DNA from: a virus
Lineage: Duplodnaviria; Caudoviricetes
Direction: 5' to 3' (one strand)
IMG/VR virus record: IMGVR_UViG_3300033405_000935
Location: 1 to 44,273 of that record
Length of the DNA: 44,273 nt
The notes beneath the pieces were generated by a model, which searched no databases, was not told the origin of the DNA, and saw nothing but the letters and a program-made list of their open reading frames with translations. Below, in pieces: positions 41,872 through 44,273 of this stretch. A program made the translations under genes and the position numbers. Within the stretch, counting starts at the first letter, position 1; the number at the start of each line of letters is the position of its first letter.

Positions 41872-42240
41872 ATGCCAGAAAAGAAAATTACGTCTTCTAT
41901 CGAGTTCGACCCGGAGATTTACGCGGTTATTGAAGATGTAATGCAATCAACAGGGATGAAATTCGGGGCGGCTGTTCGTTTCTTAATAAAGAAGGGACAG
42001 AAGGAGGTGGAATGGGAAAAGTCGATTCTTGATGCAGCGCGAAGCGACCGCATCGCACAAGCAATTAATTATCCCACAGGACATCAAGCCCAATCCACAA
42101 CCACCCCTATTAAGCCTCCAATAGCTCAGTCAACTACTCCGCGGAAGCCGGGCACGGTCGTTTCTATGCGAACGCTTCCCAAAAATCAACCCAAGCCGGC
42201 AGAAGACGGTGAGGGCGATGAGGATATTCCGGCGTTATAG
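41872..42240 (+). CDS. Ribbon-helix-helix regulator (repressor-position gene) with disordered tail
   Basis: MPEKKITSSIEFDPEIY...AVRFLIKKG aligns with the divergent RHH gene. Confidence 0.75.
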   Translation: MPEKKITSSIEFDPEIYAVIEDVMQSTGMKFGAAVRFLIKKGQKEVEWEKSILDAARSDRIAQAINYPTGHQAQSTTTPIKPPIAQSTTPRKPGTVVSMRTLPKNQPKPAEDGEGDEDIPAL

Positions 42241-42251
42241 ACGATTGTCTA

Positions 42252-42611
42252 TTGGTGAAAAACCGGTTTTGTGACGATACCTCTTGTATTATGAATGATT
42301 ATGATGAAAATGTACTAATGGGACCATGGGATGGTAGCGTTCGGTTGGTAACAGTGAGCCTCGGCTATACACTAGGCCGCGAGGAGTTCGAGGAGATATC
42401 CCTCGAAGCCTATGAGGCCTATTGTCGAGCGGCCGATGCTCTCGGTGTCGATCGCGAGCAGCATGTCGCTAGTATTCTCCGGGCGGCTCGACGACGTGCT
42501 CAAGATCGGCCAGTAAGGACTGAAGCTCGGCAAGAAGCAATTGAGCCTTCCAGGCTTCCTCGTGATTTCCAGAATGGGTGGCCGTCTCGTAGACGACAGA
42601 AAGCTCATTGA
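42252..42611 (+). CDS. Hypothetical protein (start uncertain)
   Basis: ORF co-oriented with the putative repressor. Confidence 0.45.
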   Translation: MVKNRFCDDTSCIMNDYDENVLMGPWDGSVRLVTVSLGYTLGREEFEEISLEAYEAYCRAADALGVDREQHVASILRAARRRAQDRPVRTEARQEAIEPSRLPRDFQNGWPSRRRQKAH

Positions 42612-42660
42612 TTCTATTTACTAAGAGAGCTCGAGCTCGGTCATCGCCCATCCGTAGATC

Positions 42661-42680
42661 CCGCGAGCGTACCCTCGCGG
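42661..42680. terminator. Hairpin between convergent genes
   Basis: CCGCGAG...CTCGCGG; no strong T-tract. Confidence 0.35.
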
Positions 42681-42689
42681 TCGCCCTAA

Positions 42690-42878
42690 CTATCGATAGT
42701 CCTCCGGCTTGGATTCTCCCAAGACAATAAGGAGGAGTCGCTCGACGGCAGGCGGTATATGTTTGCGGCCTTCCTTCCAGCCACGGATGGACGTTTCAGT
42801 AGCCCCCACAATCCGCGAAACATCGGCGTCTTTTAGATTATGGCGCTCCATTAGCCTTATCAGTTCCTCGGCAGACAC
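42690..42878 (-). CDS. Small XRE/Cro-type HTH protein
   Basis: L..LM.RHNLKDADVSRIVGATETSIRGWKEGRKHIP; GGAGG RBS. Confidence 0.75.
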   Translation of the reverse strand: MSAEELIRLMERHNLKDADVSRIVGATETSIRGWKEGRKHIPPAVERLLLIVLGESKPEDYR

Positions 42879-42992
42879 TGCCCCTCCAGGGGCATCATTT
42901 GCTCGAGGAGCTGGGCGGATGCTAGGCCGCCGGTATCTTAGCCCGACGGTAATGAATCGGCAAGTGAGCCAGTATTTACTTACACTGAATTC

Positions 42993-44273
42993 TTATTTTG
43001 TGGCATTTATCTTCGCCGTGATCTCATTAATTTTCCCCTGTGGTGTATGTAAATATCCGAGAGTAGTCTTGAGATCGGAATGCCCGAGCAGATTCTGAAT
43101 ATACCGGAGTGGCACGCCCTGGGCCTCGAGGACCGAGGCCAAGCTATGCCGGGCCGAGTGGGGCGTAATCTTCCGGCCGCCAAGCTCGATGCCGGCGCGC
43201 TTGAACCATCGGTAGACACGAATCCTATACCAGTCGGCGCTCGGTTGATGGCCATCCTTAAAGGCAAAGACGAACTCGTGCTGTCCATATTCTGCCCACA
43301 TGACTTTTATTGCGGACTGGAGAATATCAGGGAATGGCGCTTCCCGATGTTTGTGATGTTTAGGATCGCCCAGCACGCGGCTCTTACAATCGAGACATTT
43401 CCATGCATGGTCAACATTAATTTTAGGCGTCTTCCAGTCGAGGTCCTCTGGCATCAGGCCAAACAATTCCGAACGTCGAAGGCCAGCCCAGAAAATAGCC
43501 GCGGCCATTGCACGTTCGATCGATGTTTCAAAGACCCCCGGCGTCGAGAATAGTTTCGTAATTTCTGATTCCTCAAGGCCCTCCCGGGGGTGAACGACTA
43601 TAGCCTTAGGGCGCTCAAGCTCAGTAAAGGGATCATAAAAATGCTTATGTGTGAGTTGAAACTCACGGAATGTCATGCGCATGAAACCATAGATCTTTTC
43701 ATATCGAGGACTCCCGGCTACAAGATGCATTGACTTTGGTGTACTCTTTAGCTTGCTATCTACGCGCCGCCCGATGCATATCTGCATATTTGAAATCCGC
43801 TTAAGGAGGGCAAGGATATCATCAGAGGTGACGCGCTCCATGGCGAGATCGGAAAATGTGTCGTCTTTAAGATAGATTCGGAAAATATTTTCATACCCCA
43901 TAACAGTCTCGGGCGAATAAGGCTTGTTTTTACTGATAAGGCGCGTGGCCCTGGGACTCGTTTCGATCTTCGTGAAGAGCTCCATCCAATCGCCGACGCG
44001 GGTTCCACGGCGGACCAACGGGAGCGCCTCTTCATGGCCACGAAGGAATAGAATCAAGGCCTCAATGACGCGTTCGGCGGCCGTCCTGGTCTTGACCTCA
44101 CGGAACTTCAAAGATACTTCGTGTGGAAGGGTCTGGAAGGACTTATTTTTCCATTGGGCGCAGACATCAGCCGGTAGACCGCATTCTTCATGCAGGCTAA
44201 ACTGCCATGTGTCCCGATCCTCGCGGTGCTTTAGGCTGAACCGCTTTGCCTTCCTACCCTGCTTAATTCCCAT
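42993..44273 (-). CDS. int: Tyrosine recombinase/integrase
   Basis: AGLRRSEL (R), PK (K), HSARH (HxxR), LLGH and Y in TTLGY. Confidence 0.95.
   Translation of the reverse strand: MGIKQGRKAKRFSLKHREDRDTWQFSLHEECGLPADVCAQWKNKSFQTLPHEVSLKFREVKTRTAAERVIEALILFLRGHEEALPLVRRGTRVGDWMELFTKIETSPRATRLISKNKPYSPETVMGYENIFRIYLKDDTFSDLAMERVTSDDILALLKRISNMQICIGRRVDSKLKSTPKSMHLVAGSPRYEKIYGFMRMTFREFQLTHKHFYDPFTELERPKAIVVHPREGLEESEITKLFSTPGVFETSIERAMAAAIFWAGLRRSELFGLMPEDLDWKTPKINVDHAWKCLDCKSRVLGDPKHHKHREAPFPDILQSAIKVMWAEYGQHEFVFAFKDGHQPSADWYRIRVYRWFKRAGIELGGRKITPHSARHSLASVLEAQGVPLRYIQNLLGHSDLKTTLGYLHTPQGKINEITAKINATK

Larger units (their letters stand above)
1..44273. mobile_element. Temperate phage/prophage with lambda-like head and Mu-like contractile tail
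   Basis: Full ordered set of packaging, head, lysis, tail, replication, regulation and integrase modules; no host housekeeping genes seen. Confidence 0.95.

Noticed and set aside
1-44273. Transposable (Mu-type) replication, att sites and host assignment
   Set aside because: Tail is Mu-like but there is no MuA/MuB; no terminal direct repeats lie inside the trimmed window; some genes gave a spirochaete-phage impression that cannot be supported without a search

Overview
The window looks like a near-complete temperate tailed-phage (prophage) genome, GC-rich by eye, trimmed at the TerS start codon (1) and the integrase start codon (44273), so no att sites are visible. The + strand (1-25.3 kb) is the late arm. 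It has lambda-like packaging and head genes (TerS, GpA-type TerL, gpW-like, portal, S49 protease/scaffold, decoration protein, major capsid), a lysis cassette placed between portal and protease, and a Mu-like contractile tail (sheath, tube, frameshifted chaperone, tape measure, gpN-like, LysM-hub, spike, gp46/47/48-like, fibre, fibre assembly). The - strand (25.8-41.7 kb) is the early arm: SF2 helicase, primase-ATPase, YqaJ exonuclease with a Gp3-like partner, HNH, antirepressor and small genes. A divergent regulatory switch and a tyrosine integrase close the window. Most unusual signals: (i) a TTGACGTTTGCT promoter motif at a fixed distance before three SD-less start codons, one copy paired back-to-back with an antisense copy; (ii) two overlapping membrane-protein ORFs starting 2 nt apart from one RBS (non-canonical spanin candidate); (iii) a switch made of two paralogous ribbon-helix-helix genes with tandem TGCTGA boxes; (iv) a degenerate tRNA-like RNA and a second structured RNA directly upstream of an HNH gene; (v) a GNAT gene inserted between the terminase genes with a 13-bp duplication. 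All product calls come from motif recognition and synteny, not database searches. The host cannot be determined from the sequence alone.
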